Under the pieces are notes generated by a model. It was not told where the DNA came from. It saw nothing but the letters and a program-made list of their open reading frames with translations, and searched no databases. This document shows positions 8,233 through 17,064 of a stretch of 64,000 bases of DNA, one piece after another. Source of the stretch: a virus. Lineage: Duplodnaviria > Caudoviricetes. Each line of letters starts with the position of its first letter. Position 1 is the stretch's first letter. Location of the stretch: IMG/VR virus record IMGVR_UViG_3300034155_000027, positions 67,455-131,454 of that record; one strand, 5' to 3'. Position numbers and translations under genes: made by a program.

Positions 8233-9309
8233 TCAATCTTTATTTGGTAAATATTTCTTAATAGCTTTAACTACCATCTTCGCCTCATTTTCCCCATAAT
8301 CTCCCCATTGAGAAATTCTTATATAATCATGCGCATTCCCACCACTTCCCAATGATGTCATAACCGGACTCGTATTCGTACTGAATGAACCACATGCAGA
8401 TCCTAATCCTATATATATTCCATCACTCTCTAATTGTGCCATCAAATATGGCCCCAATTTATTTCCTATATGTACAAACGTAGTGTAAGGTGATCTTTTT
8501 GCTTTTTTCCCAATAATTTTTAATCCAAGATCTTCAATCCCACTTTCCAAAATATTATTCCACCTAAGTGCATTTTCATACCTTTTCGGTAATGTCTTTA
8601 TCGCTTCCTCTAACGCTACCGCCGTTGCTACTATACTTCCTGCATCAGGTGTCCCAGGACGATCAAAATAATATCTGCTACCAGACCCATATTCCTTCCA
8701 CCATTCACTGTCCTGTATATATAAAATACCTACCCCTATCGGTCCACCAAATTTATGTGCCCCAAATGTTGCAAGTTTAAGATTATTTATCTTATTTACA
8801 TTTATAGGGATTTTCCCCAATGATTGACTCATATCACTGAAAAATGATACCGGTATCTTCTCTATTCCCTGTATTACCCCTATCTCATTTTGTATGTGTA
8901 TGCAAATGTAAGCGGAGTTTTGTTCAGGAGTAAATGTACAAGCAACTACCCCATCAGATGACACAAATAAATCATTATTACCAAATAATTCTTTTGCCTT
9001 TAATGCTACTGCCGGATGCTCTATCGTAGAACAATATACTTTAGAAAAATTCCTATATTTTAACAATGATAATCCCCATTCACATGCTTGCGTACATGAT
9101 GATGTAAAGATTATTTGATTTGCTTCTGCCCCAATTAATTTTGCTATCTTTTCTCTGGATTTTTCAATTTCACACGCAGCTGCCCTGCCAGGTCCAGATG
9201 ATGCCATCGCATTCCCATATCCCGCATTTGTTTTATTAAATTGTACAAATGCCTCCATAGCTTTATTGTTCATCGGCAAATGCGCATTAGCATCAAGATA
9301 TAAATTCAT
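8233..9309 (-). CDS. iscS: Cysteine desulfurase (NifS/IscS, PLP-dependent class V aminotransferase)
   Basis: YLDANA, IIFTS, IEHPAV, QNEIG, AHKFGGP (PLP lysine), RPGTP, GSACGS (catalytic Cys). Confidence 0.9.
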   Translation of the reverse strand: MNLYLDANAHLPMNNKAMEAFVQFNKTNAGYGNAMASSGPGRAAACEIEKSREKIAKLIGAEANQIIFTSSCTQACEWGLSLLKYRNFSKVYCSTIEHPAVALKAKELFGNNDLFVSSDGVVACTFTPEQNSAYICIHIQNEIGVIQGIEKIPVSFFSDMSQSLGKIPINVNKINNLKLATFGAHKFGGPIGVGILYIQDSEWWKEYGSGSRYYFDRPGTPDAGSIVATAVALEEAIKTLPKRYENALRWNNILESGIEDLGLKIIGKKAKRSPYTTFVHIGNKLGPYLMAQLESDGIYIGLGSACGSFSTNTSPVMTSLGSGGNAHDYIRISQWGDYGENEAKMVVKAIKKYLPNKD

Positions 9310-9331
9310 AAAAGTTTCTTTGGTAAAAATA

Positions 9332-9829
9332 TTATTGCGGATTATTAGGTTTAGTAAATGTAATAAAAAACTCAGTACATGTATTTACATTCCTTGATAA
9401 TAATGTGGCTTGCGTTTCCTGATTCCTCATAGATACATATACATCCCCAGCATCAAATGCAAATGCCGCATTTACTTCAAAATTACACTTCATTTCTATA
9501 TGTGGCATATTGTTTTCCCTGAATCCCTTATTGCTCAAAAGGAAAAACTCAGCTGATAACGGTGGCCATTGTACCCCAGGATCAGCATACGCTCGGCCAT
9601 GCGACCACGCCGGAACTTGTATTACTAATTTACCAGATGGTACCAAGGAATCCCATGCCCATTCTAATAAATCAATTCTCTTATCTGATTTTAATAAATG
9701 AAATACTCCATTTATCTTAATTGAATCTATAGGTTCTATCGCAGAAACCCATGATACTGTTTCTGTCTTGCTTTCACTCTTAAGGGTTAATCCAAACTTT
9801 TTTGTTGTTGATCTTGATATTTCTAACAT
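9332..9829 (-). CDS. Class I SAM-methyltransferase-like protein (apparently N-terminally degenerate)
   Basis: IDSI...VFHLL...LVPSGKLVIQVP..H.RAYADP resembles the C-terminal half of Methyltransf_11-like proteins; no GxG motif seen. Confidence 0.5.
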   Translation of the reverse strand: MLEISRSTTKKFGLTLKSESKTETVSWVSAIEPIDSIKINGVFHLLKSDKRIDLLEWAWDSLVPSGKLVIQVPAWSHGRAYADPGVQWPPLSAEFFLLSNKGFRENNMPHIEMKCNFEVNAAFAFDAGDVYVSMRNQETQATLLSRNVNTCTEFFITFTKPNNPQ

Positions 9830-9837
9830 TGTACTTC

Positions 9838-10005
9838 CTATCTCTTTATTCCACCTGGCGTATGTTCACCAAGCCAATTTGAAAAAACAAAATTAATTCT
9901 TCTGCATATATCAGAAGAATCTTCTAATCTCTTATATTGCTCTATATCCATTAATTGATGATATAAATCATTAATTTCTAAATCTGTTAATATATATGCT
10001 TTCAT
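9838..10005 (-). CDS. Small hypothetical protein (55 aa)
   Basis: Not in the ORF track. MKAYILTDLEINDLYHQLMDIEQY...; ATGA overlap with the upstream stop; fills the gap. Confidence 0.6.
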   Translation of the reverse strand: MKAYILTDLEINDLYHQLMDIEQYKRLEDSSDICRRINFVFSNWLGEHTPGGIKR

Positions 10006-10634
10006 ATTTTATTCTCGAGTGTTTGTTTATATTCTATTAATTCACAAATATATTCAAAGAAATCATACATATGAAAATCAGGGATGTATTCTATAGTTAG
10101 TTTATCACGTTTAGATGAATTGTCTTTCTTTGATAATAACATTAAATTACGAGGATCATGCGCAATTTTCAATAATAATTGCTCATCTTGAATATATTTT
10201 TTAAGAAACGCTATTGGTAATATATGATCAATATGTAATATTTTATTATTTATATCTCCAAATTTAGACAAATGAGCTTTTAGTGATTCTAAAGTATAGC
10301 CAAGTATTTTTTCATAATCGCCGCGTTTTCCTTTCCAATTATTAATTAATCGTTTAAAATTATCTCTAATTGATTGTTTACATTTATTGTAATGTTGTCT
10401 ATGGTGATATAATATTTTTTCCTTATTAATTTTATAATATTTGTTGTCGTTTTTCTTTTTTTGATCTTTATGGTCTTCTCGATATTTTTGTATTGTTTTT
10501 TTATTGATTTCGCGATATATTTTGTCATATTGTTTTTTATTTTCCTTATTTTTCTGTGCTTTAATTTGTTTTTTATCTTTGTTTTTTTTATAATATATTT
10601 TTTGATATTCTTTTCTATCCATATATTTTACCAC
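10002..10634 (-). CDS. Putative HNH-type homing endonuclease with K/Y-rich helical N-terminus
   Basis: LHIDHILPI...NLMLLSKKDNSSKRD; repeated K-x-Y-x-K segments; very AT-rich. Confidence 0.75.
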   Translation of the reverse strand: MVKYMDRKEYQKIYYKKNKDKKQIKAQKNKENKKQYDKIYREINKKTIQKYREDHKDQKKKNDNKYYKINKEKILYHHRQHYNKCKQSIRDNFKRLINNWKGKRGDYEKILGYTLESLKAHLSKFGDINNKILHIDHILPIAFLKKYIQDEQLLLKIAHDPRNLMLLSKKDNSSKRDKLTIEYIPDFHMYDFFEYICELIEYKQTLENKI

Positions 10635-11365
10635 ACAGTATATTTCTCGCCTTCTGAAAATTCCCCTGTCAGATCTATATGGCCACTTTTGATAGAACAG
10701 TCCACACCACAGCGGTACCCAAATTTTCTATAATCTGAGGCAAAATACAGATCCTGTGTGGAACAACCCTCTTCTACTGATGCTGTAGTTTTAAACCATG
10801 GCCTACGTAATCTTTCATCTTTAAACATATCAAGACGAAATAGGGCACAGCCCATCCCGGTTCCGCATGACTCTACCAATTCTCCTTCTCTTGGTAATTG
10901 TGGACGATAGTTAGGAATAGGATCTGATGCATTGCCCCAGATCTGGGGTACGCCGCCAGGTCCTTTAGTAAAATATAACCCAGAAATTACAGAATATTCT
11001 GGATGTTCTTCTATGCGTGCAAGTAATTTAAGCAATGCATCTGAAGGTATGGTGTTATCATGTTCGATTGTCATTATAAACTTGAATTTAGATAATTCAG
11101 GATGTTCTAAAATACCTTCAATACATTGAGAAAATGCACAACCAACCTCCATATTGAGCGGCCAAAGGCGCACAACTTTTCCATTGGGTGGTGTCATCAT
11201 GTTAATCCATGATGCTACGGCTTTTGTAGGTATCATCCCAAAACCAGGAGTAATAATAATAGTTGATAAATCCTTATAAGATCCATCATGTTTTAATCGT
11301 TTAATACTGTTTTCATTTGAGTTATGAAAACCCCCAACATCCAATGATAATATCTCTGGCTTCAT
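10628..11365 (-). CDS. Glycosyltransferase, GT-A/GT2-like
   Basis: IIITPG, IMTIEHDN (DxD-like), VISGLYF, GTGMGCALF, QDLYF, GHI. Start moved to MKPEI after GAAGGAG. Confidence 0.75.
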   Translation of the reverse strand: MKPEILSLDVGGFHNSNENSIKRLKHDGSYKDLSTIIITPGFGMIPTKAVASWINMMTPPNGKVVRLWPLNMEVGCAFSQCIEGILEHPELSKFKFIMTIEHDNTIPSDALLKLLARIEEHPEYSVISGLYFTKGPGGVPQIWGNASDPIPNYRPQLPREGELVESCGTGMGCALFRLDMFKDERLRRPWFKTTASVEEGCSTQDLYFASDYRKFGYRCGVDCSIKSGHIDLTGEFSEGEKYTVW

Positions 11366-11517
11366 TAAGAAAACTCCTTCATTAATCCTATATATCACTT
11401 AAAATTAGTAGATAACACCAAAAGGAACAGAATCGATATTTGCAGGCTGATATGGTAAGAATCCTTATTCTTTGGTAACAACATATTATTTTAGATAAAA
11501 AGCAGTAACATTTACAT

Positions 11518-11994
11518 TTAAGCTAAAATAAAATAAGGTACTAAACTATATGAAATAGAATTAACTGGTTGAAAAACATTAGGCATTACACTTTGTGATG
11601 CATAAGAATATCCAATACCACCACCATTTGGTACAAACATATTCATTAAATTTGTATTTGACTGTATTTGTATAGCAGGTATAATTAGGTTACCAATACT
11701 AGTATGACTAGAACTAGTACACTGAATATGTCCACCAGTTAAAAATAAATATTTTCCAGGATTTAATGTGTTAGAAAATGCAATTGGTAAAACAGTTTCA
11801 ATATTGAAATCACTGTTACTAGTTGTTGAATATGTTCCAAATGTATCCAATATTAGAGATATTGTAGTGCCATTTGTTGTGACACATTGATATGCATATG
11901 ACCATGATGTAGTAGCTACCATAGTGTAATTAGTACCACTGTTCGAATATACACCACAAGAATACGTAATATTTCGTGTTTGATTTAACAACAC
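11518..11994 (-). CDS. Ser/Thr-rich beta-sandwich-like protein, possibly the 3' part of a frameshifted gene
   Basis: Overlaps 11985..12155 in the -1 frame; similar composition. Confidence 0.5.
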   Translation of the reverse strand: MLLNQTRNITYSCGVYSNSGTNYTMVATTSWSYAYQCVTTNGTTISLILDTFGTYSTTSNSDFNIETVLPIAFSNTLNPGKYLFLTGGHIQCTSSSHTSIGNLIIPAIQIQSNTNLMNMFVPNGGGIGYSYASQSVMPNVFQPVNSISYSLVPYFILA

Positions 11995-12155
11995 CCTCCT
12001 CCGAAATAAACAAATTTAATTGGTAAATATAAATTATTCACTGTACACAATGAAGGAATATCAAATGGTGTGGCTTTCATTTGTAAATACCCATTTGTAA
12101 CAGCTCCTCCAGTTATTCCTAACGAAGTAAATGCAGTGGCATATGCTGGAGCTAT
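11985..12155 (-). pseudogene. Possible 5' fragment of a broken gene (no good start codon)
   Basis: IAPAYATAFTSLGITGGAVTNGYLQMKATPF... begins with ATA directly after the 21-bp repeat, where the other repeat copy is followed by T-ATG. Confidence 0.4.
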
Positions 12156-12176
12156 ATAATATGAGGAATTATTGAT
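12156..12176. repeat. 21-bp direct repeat, copy 1 (ATAATATGAGGAATTATTGAT)
   Basis: Identical to 13718-13738; overlaps the stop of 12169..13716. Confidence 0.9.
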
Positions 12177-13716
12177 CGATTTTTTTACTAATAAAAATAC
12201 CATAACCCAGAGCTGGAATATACCAATCAACAATATCTCCAGAAGTACCTAAAATCCTAAACCCTGTAGATGTCCTAAGAGAAAGTGGTGCTGATGCTAT
12301 AGATCCTAAGCCATTATTAGTGTACGTTGATAAAAACAAACGCTGAAAAGCAGGTTTCCATATAGTTGAAAGAAAAACATCAACAAATCCTTCAGTACCA
12401 ATTACAACTACTCCTGATTGTCCACCATCTCTCCATTCTTTAATGGAATTCCACGCAATCATTGGATCGCCATCTAATGATATATTAAAATCTGTATAAA
12501 CCAAAAGTATCACATCTAATGTTGTTTGTAAGTTAAAAATTAACCCATCACTATATTGAATATGTGAATTACCCCCTCTTCTTACTCTTAAACCAGCGGT
12601 ATTTCTTTTACCAGAAATACCATTACTTAATAACAAACTAGATCCATTAGAAAGCGAAATCGCTTCATTATCGGCTTCTTCAAAAAATTGGCAATTATTT
12701 ATAATTACAGCATCTGCATTTGAATTTATTGTTAATCGTGTACGTATAAAAGTACATGATAACATATAACCACTTCTTATTTTAAACCCAATATTTACAA
12801 ATTCTGGGTATGTTGTAATTCCTGGATAAATACCACAATTTGCAGCATAACCATTAAAATCATTAGGATATTCCAAAAATGTAAACAATACTCCAATCCA
12901 ATAAGTCAGAATATTAATAATAGTTGTTATTTTTCCAGATATTCTACAACCATTAATGTAATATGAATTATGATTTATAAAAATTTGTTTGGTTATATGA
13001 AGATCGTTTAAACTAACCAAAATATTAGAGTTAGATTCTTTAGCAGTATTTTTAATTGAAACAGATTCTATTTGTGGAAGAAATTCAATAACTAAAGAAT
13101 CTCCAGGATCCCAAGATTTTCCACCACTATTCGGTGGCAATGTTGGTTTAGTTATTTGACAAACAGATGTTCCCAAATCATCTGGATTAGCTATTAAAAT
13201 CCATGAAATTGACGAATCAGATAATCTACGTAATCTATATCCAACAAATTCAGAAAAATCTATATCTGGTACAGATAATAAACATCCCGTTGCTGTTGAA
13301 TGAGAATATACAGTATATGTTCCAACAATTAACGAATCAACAATTGTAGGCTGACCATAAGTATAAAATTGTGCAGTTCCATATTGATTTAATTGAATAT
13401 ATAGCTTTTTATATATACCTTGAGCAACATGAACCGTAATTGTATGATTAATTGGAATTGAAACAGCTAAACGAATTGATAATTCTTCTAATGAAGCAAG
13501 TGGAGTATTTTCAGAAATTCCATCATTATTATCATCTCCTATATAACCATCAATATACCAATCTGTAAAACTCCAATTTGTTTCATAATATATACGAGAA
13601 ATTGATGATAGTTCTTGAGTAGAGATTCCACCAACAATATCTCCATCTCTACGCAATATATAGCCATCGCCTATGTCTGTGGTTAATTTAAAGAAATTAT
13701 CACTAACTCTTGTCAT
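12169..13716 (-). CDS. Putative tail fibre/spike or beta-helix-like virion protein
   Basis: WYIDG..GDDNNDG....PLASL..L....P....ITVHVAQGIY motif common at the start of pectin-lyase-like beta-helix proteins. Confidence 0.55.
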   Translation of the reverse strand: MTRVSDNFFKLTTDIGDGYILRRDGDIVGGISTQELSSISRIYYETNWSFTDWYIDGYIGDDNNDGISENTPLASLEELSIRLAVSIPINHTITVHVAQGIYKKLYIQLNQYGTAQFYTYGQPTIVDSLIVGTYTVYSHSTATGCLLSVPDIDFSEFVGYRLRRLSDSSISWILIANPDDLGTSVCQITKPTLPPNSGGKSWDPGDSLVIEFLPQIESVSIKNTAKESNSNILVSLNDLHITKQIFINHNSYYINGCRISGKITTIINILTYWIGVLFTFLEYPNDFNGYAANCGIYPGITTYPEFVNIGFKIRSGYMLSCTFIRTRLTINSNADAVIINNCQFFEEADNEAISLSNGSSLLLSNGISGKRNTAGLRVRRGGNSHIQYSDGLIFNLQTTLDVILLVYTDFNISLDGDPMIAWNSIKEWRDGGQSGVVVIGTEGFVDVFLSTIWKPAFQRLFLSTYTNNGLGSIASAPLSLRTSTGFRILGTSGDIVDWYIPALGYGIFISKKIDQ

Positions 13717-13717
13717 A

Positions 13718-13738
13718 ATAATATGAGGAATTATTGAT
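13718..13738. repeat. 21-bp direct repeat, copy 2
   Basis: Immediately upstream of ATG 13716 on the minus strand. Confidence 0.9.
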
Positions 13739-13780
13739 ATTTTGTATTTTTATCAAAGAATTGGATTTGTAAAAAAAAAA

Positions 13781-14734
13781 TTATTGGTGTTTTCTAACAT
13801 ATTTATCTTTAAAATATTCTTTTACAATTTGATATTTTTCAAATTTTCTATTAAGATAAATTGTAGAGTTTTTATACAACCAATCAAGAAATATTAAACA
13901 ATCTTCATGTCGTAAAATACTTAAATCTGAAACATTTTTAAGTTTTTTTGTTTGGGCTAATATTGGTGTAATATTAAGTGTTGTTTGTAAATAACACTTA
14001 ATTTCTTCAAGAAATCTAGAATAACCAGTTAATATAACTCTTAATTTATTTCCTTTAAAATTAATACATCCATCTCCGTCATATAAACCTCTGAAAAAAT
14101 GTGACATTAAATGTTCTGGAATTGAAACGGGCATTGATATTTTAAAAGTTTTTGCTGGAACACATCCATATTCAATAAGTTTCTTTTTCAATTTAGAGCT
14201 CCATATTAAAAAAGTAACATATTTTCCTTCTTTTTCATATATTAAATGCTTAAATCCATAAAATATATTAGAAAACAATTCTAATATATGTATATCTTTA
14301 TTATGAAGACAAATTTTAATTTCAGCGCTTTTTGAATGTACATTTCCGTCAGCAAACATAAACCCAAGAAAATATGCTTTTTCTTGAGTGTCAATAATAT
14401 CTAAAAATGATTCATTTATACTGTATTTTCTATTAAATTTTTCAGCACCTTTTAAATCTATATTGTTTCTTTTTAGTATTCTACAAATAGTTGTAGGACA
14501 AATGTTTAATTTTTCTGCAATTTTTTCAGATGATAAATTGTTTTTAATATATAAGTCGATAATTTCTTTTTCAACTATTTCTTTTGTTTTAATTGAATGT
14601 GATTCTATTCCTGATTTTTTAAGAATTCTTCTAACTTGTGTTGCTGATATTCCTACTATGTCACCAACTGTTTTGGAAGATTTTCCTAAATTATATAATC
14701 TAATTATTTCTTTAGTTTTTTCGTCTTTTATCAT
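13781..14734 (-). CDS. Free-standing LAGLIDADG homing endonuclease with two N-terminal HTH repeats
   Basis: AYFLGFMFADG and FFRGLYDGDG motifs; C-terminal IYLNRK. Start moved to MIKDE. Confidence 0.9.
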   Translation of the reverse strand: MIKDEKTKEIIRLYNLGKSSKTVGDIVGISATQVRRILKKSGIESHSIKTKEIVEKEIIDLYIKNNLSSEKIAEKLNICPTTICRILKRNNIDLKGAEKFNRKYSINESFLDIIDTQEKAYFLGFMFADGNVHSKSAEIKICLHNKDIHILELFSNIFYGFKHLIYEKEGKYVTFLIWSSKLKKKLIEYGCVPAKTFKISMPVSIPEHLMSHFFRGLYDGDGCINFKGNKLRVILTGYSRFLEEIKCYLQTTLNITPILAQTKKLKNVSDLSILRHEDCLIFLDWLYKNSTIYLNRKFEKYQIVKEYFKDKYVRKHQ

Positions 14735-14768
14735 AGTAATTTGGTTTCTATAACTGTTTGCAAAAACA

Positions 14769-14797
14769 ACCATATCACATATGGAAAAAACTGTCAA
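14769..14797 (-). promoter_or_regulatory. Sigma70-type promoter for the LAGLIDADG gene
   Basis: TTGACA, 17-nt spacer, TATGGT with an extended -10 TG; sits directly after the capsid terminator. Confidence 0.65.
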
Positions 14798-14798
14798 T

Positions 14799-14832
14799 AA
14801 AAAAAGGAACCAAGCTTTCTTGGTTCCTTTTT
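14799..14832 (-). terminator. Intrinsic terminator after the major capsid gene (bidirectional)
   Basis: AAAAAGGAACCAAG-CTTT-CTTGGTTCCTTTTT. Confidence 0.9.
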
Positions 14833-14870
14833 ACTATTTAGCTAAAATATCTGTTTTTAGCTTTTTTATA

Positions 14871-15881
14871 TTATCCTACGAGAGTACTCTTTCGAGAAGC
14901 AGCAACACCACGTGGGTTAACAATACCAATACCAATTTCTTCGCTTACAACCCAGCCTAATTTTAGTTGCTTAGGCTCGTCGGCCGGAATAACCTCAATA
15001 TCACATTTAATTGGCATAACGCCAACGAACTCAGGATCTGCAGCACCGTAAACTGTTCCCGGAGGAACAATCTTAGAAACCATGATATCCGCGCCCCAAA
15101 TGTGACCGTATAAACCAGTTTGAAGAATTTCTCTTTGTGTAACCGGATCAATCTCACCACCACCGGGTCCTTGTCCACCACCAGAAGCCCAGTTTAGAAT
15201 ATCGTTGAATTCATTGATATTCATTAAGAATTTAGTTGTAACTAGGTCCCAACGATCAATTTGAACCTTAATTTCACTAAGGTCTCGTTTAAGTAAACCA
15301 CCATCAGAAATATCTTGGATAGTATTTTCAACGCTAGATGCTGCGTCGATAGCTGCAAACACGTTAGCATCTTCCTGAGCCATTAGTTCTTGACGAGCTT
15401 TCTGAACAGCACGGTCAATAACATTGAATCTTCGACGACGAACTTCTGAAATCCTTACAGTCGGATTGGAGTACAATTCGAAAGTAGGAATAACAACTCT
15501 ATCACCGAATACACGACTTTCTCCACCGGTTCCATTACTGGAAATAACGGTAGCAGCAACATCAATATCACGCTCATACTTAGGATCAACACCTTGTGCT
15601 AAGGCATCAATTACAAGTAGACGTCTACAAATTCCCTGATAATCCAAGTTACGACGAATTGGGTTGGCCATAGCCTGGGCTAAGGCTAATTTCCCTTCTT
15701 GGGTCATAATAGCGCGCGCGATAAGTTCGTCGCGTTTGTCATCATTTAAGGACGGTTGACCAGCAAGAGCACTATTTGAAGGCTGTCCTTCTTCAAGAAT
15801 AGCGGCATATTTAACTAAAGTATTAAGCGCATCTTTTACAGATGTGGCGTTCATTTCGCCTGTTGAACTGAAAAAACTCAT
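14871..15881 (-). CDS. Major capsid protein (HK97-fold)
   Basis: LAQAMANPIRRNLDYQG...FNVIDRA..KARQE.MAQED...LGWVVSEEIGIGIVNPRGV. High-expression codon usage, AAGGAG RBS before MSFF, strong terminator, located at the end of the head module. Confidence 0.85.
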   Translation of the reverse strand: MSFFSSTGEMNATSVKDALNTLVKYAAILEEGQPSNSALAGQPSLNDDKRDELIARAIMTQEGKLALAQAMANPIRRNLDYQGICRRLLVIDALAQGVDPKYERDIDVAATVISSNGTGGESRVFGDRVVIPTFELYSNPTVRISEVRRRRFNVIDRAVQKARQELMAQEDANVFAAIDAASSVENTIQDISDGGLLKRDLSEIKVQIDRWDLVTTKFLMNINEFNDILNWASGGGQGPGGGEIDPVTQREILQTGLYGHIWGADIMVSKIVPPGTVYGAADPEFVGVMPIKCDIEVIPADEPKQLKLGWVVSEEIGIGIVNPRGVAASRKSTLVG

Positions 15882-15933
15882 TCGTATCTCCTTTTTAGTA
15901 TCAAAACCACCGAAATACATCAGCGTTTTTGGA

Positions 15934-15964
15934 GGAAGGAAAGAACATTTAATTCTTTCCTTCC
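15934..15964. other. 12-bp stem-loop in the capsid 5' leader (no U-tract on the coding strand)
   Basis: GGAAGGAAAGAA-CATTTAA-TTCTTTCCTTCC; probable mRNA stability/processing hairpin. Confidence 0.6.
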
Positions 15965-15986
15965 AATTACTAATTCACATCACGAT

Positions 15987-16649
15987 TTACTGAGACGGCG
16001 GATTGAAATGAATCAAAGCGCGTTGCATTGCATTCGCTTGGGTTGGTGATACCAAACCAATCGGAGTTGTAACTAAACTTCCACCTTTGTAAGGTTCGAA
16101 ATTAAGGAAGTAACCAACCTTAATACCAGACTCGAAAGCCTTAGTTGAAGCAGGAGTTAATAAACCAGCTGTAGTAGCATAAAGCGCGGCACCAATAGCT
16201 AAAGTAGCATTTGTGGGCACTAAACCATTAATAACATTTGTATCAACTGCATCAAGAGTAACAGCATAGGTTCCGGGTTTATCCCAAAGAGTTAATTTAC
16301 CGGAAGCAGCAGCAGTGTGAGGTCCAAGTAACTGACCGTTATACTGCCCAATACCATCAACAATTTGTCCACATAATCCACCAATAACTGAACCAAATAA
16401 AGTTCCGTAGCCACGAATACCATCATCTATAAGGAATAAAGGACGAGATCCACCACCAAGAGTTGTAGTAACAACTGGACGAGTAGTTCCAACATATCCA
16501 TCATCTACATCAGCCGCACCGGAATCACCCGTAATAGCTACACCAACAATTGTTCCAACTTCTCCACCTTTTACAGTGAGATAAATATCATCATGTCCGT
16601 CAAATTGACCAAGCGGTTGTGTGCCTGGTTGTACAAGTTCTAAAGCCAT
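15987..16649 (-). CDS. Probable head decoration/cement protein; paralog of 23195..23884
   Basis: Directly upstream of the capsid gene, Gly-rich; shares LVQ.G..P, L/IIDD and SGKLTLW..G with 23195..23884. Confidence 0.6.
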   Translation of the reverse strand: MALELVQPGTQPLGQFDGHDDIYLTVKGGEVGTIVGVAITGDSGAADVDDGYVGTTRPVVTTTLGGGSRPLFLIDDGIRGYGTLFGSVIGGLCGQIVDGIGQYNGQLLGPHTAAASGKLTLWDKPGTYAVTLDAVDTNVINGLVPTNATLAIGAALYATTAGLLTPASTKAFESGIKVGYFLNFEPYKGGSLVTTPIGLVSPTQANAMQRALIHFNPPSQ

Positions 16650-16744
16650 TTTTATTTCCTGTTAAGCACCTAAAGATTGGCGCGCCATTTTGTCTTACAT
16701 CAAGTCTTTCAAAAACTATGCATTAATATTCCTAGAAATTATTT

Positions 16745-17023
16745 TTATTTTAACTTTTTTATTTCATCAGTTAAAATATTCATTTTTTCAGCTATATTTT
16801 CAATTTTTTTAGATGATTTTGATTTGTTATTTTTATCAGAATCATTAGGTAATTTATAATATTCTTGTCCTAATGCCTGACTATTTTGAGGAGAGAAACT
16901 ATCTTGTTTAGAATCTTCTTGAGATATAAACATTTCATTGATATAAGATCCTCTATTATTATCATAATCAGTAGGATCTCCTAAAGCATCTAAATCAGCA
17001 ATTGAAAATTTATTATATGACAT
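16745..17023 (-). CDS. Hypothetical protein
   Basis: 92-aa ORF in the head module. Confidence 0.65.
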   Translation of the reverse strand: MSYNKFSIADLDALGDPTDYDNNRGSYINEMFISQEDSKQDSFSPQNSQALGQEYYKLPNDSDKNNKSKSSKKIENIAEKMNILTDEIKKLK

Positions 17024-17064
17024 ATGTTATTTTTCTTTAGTTGTTACCAAAGAATCTTTTTATT

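Noticed and set aside
11985-12005. Programmed frameshift joining the 11985 and 11518 ORFs
   Set aside because: No canonical slippery heptamer; mutation, sequencing error or reinitiation after GGAGG is more likely.
14871-15881. Capsid protein as a cellular encapsulin
   Set aside because: Context with terminase, portal, protease and a baseplate gene indicates a phage major capsid protein.
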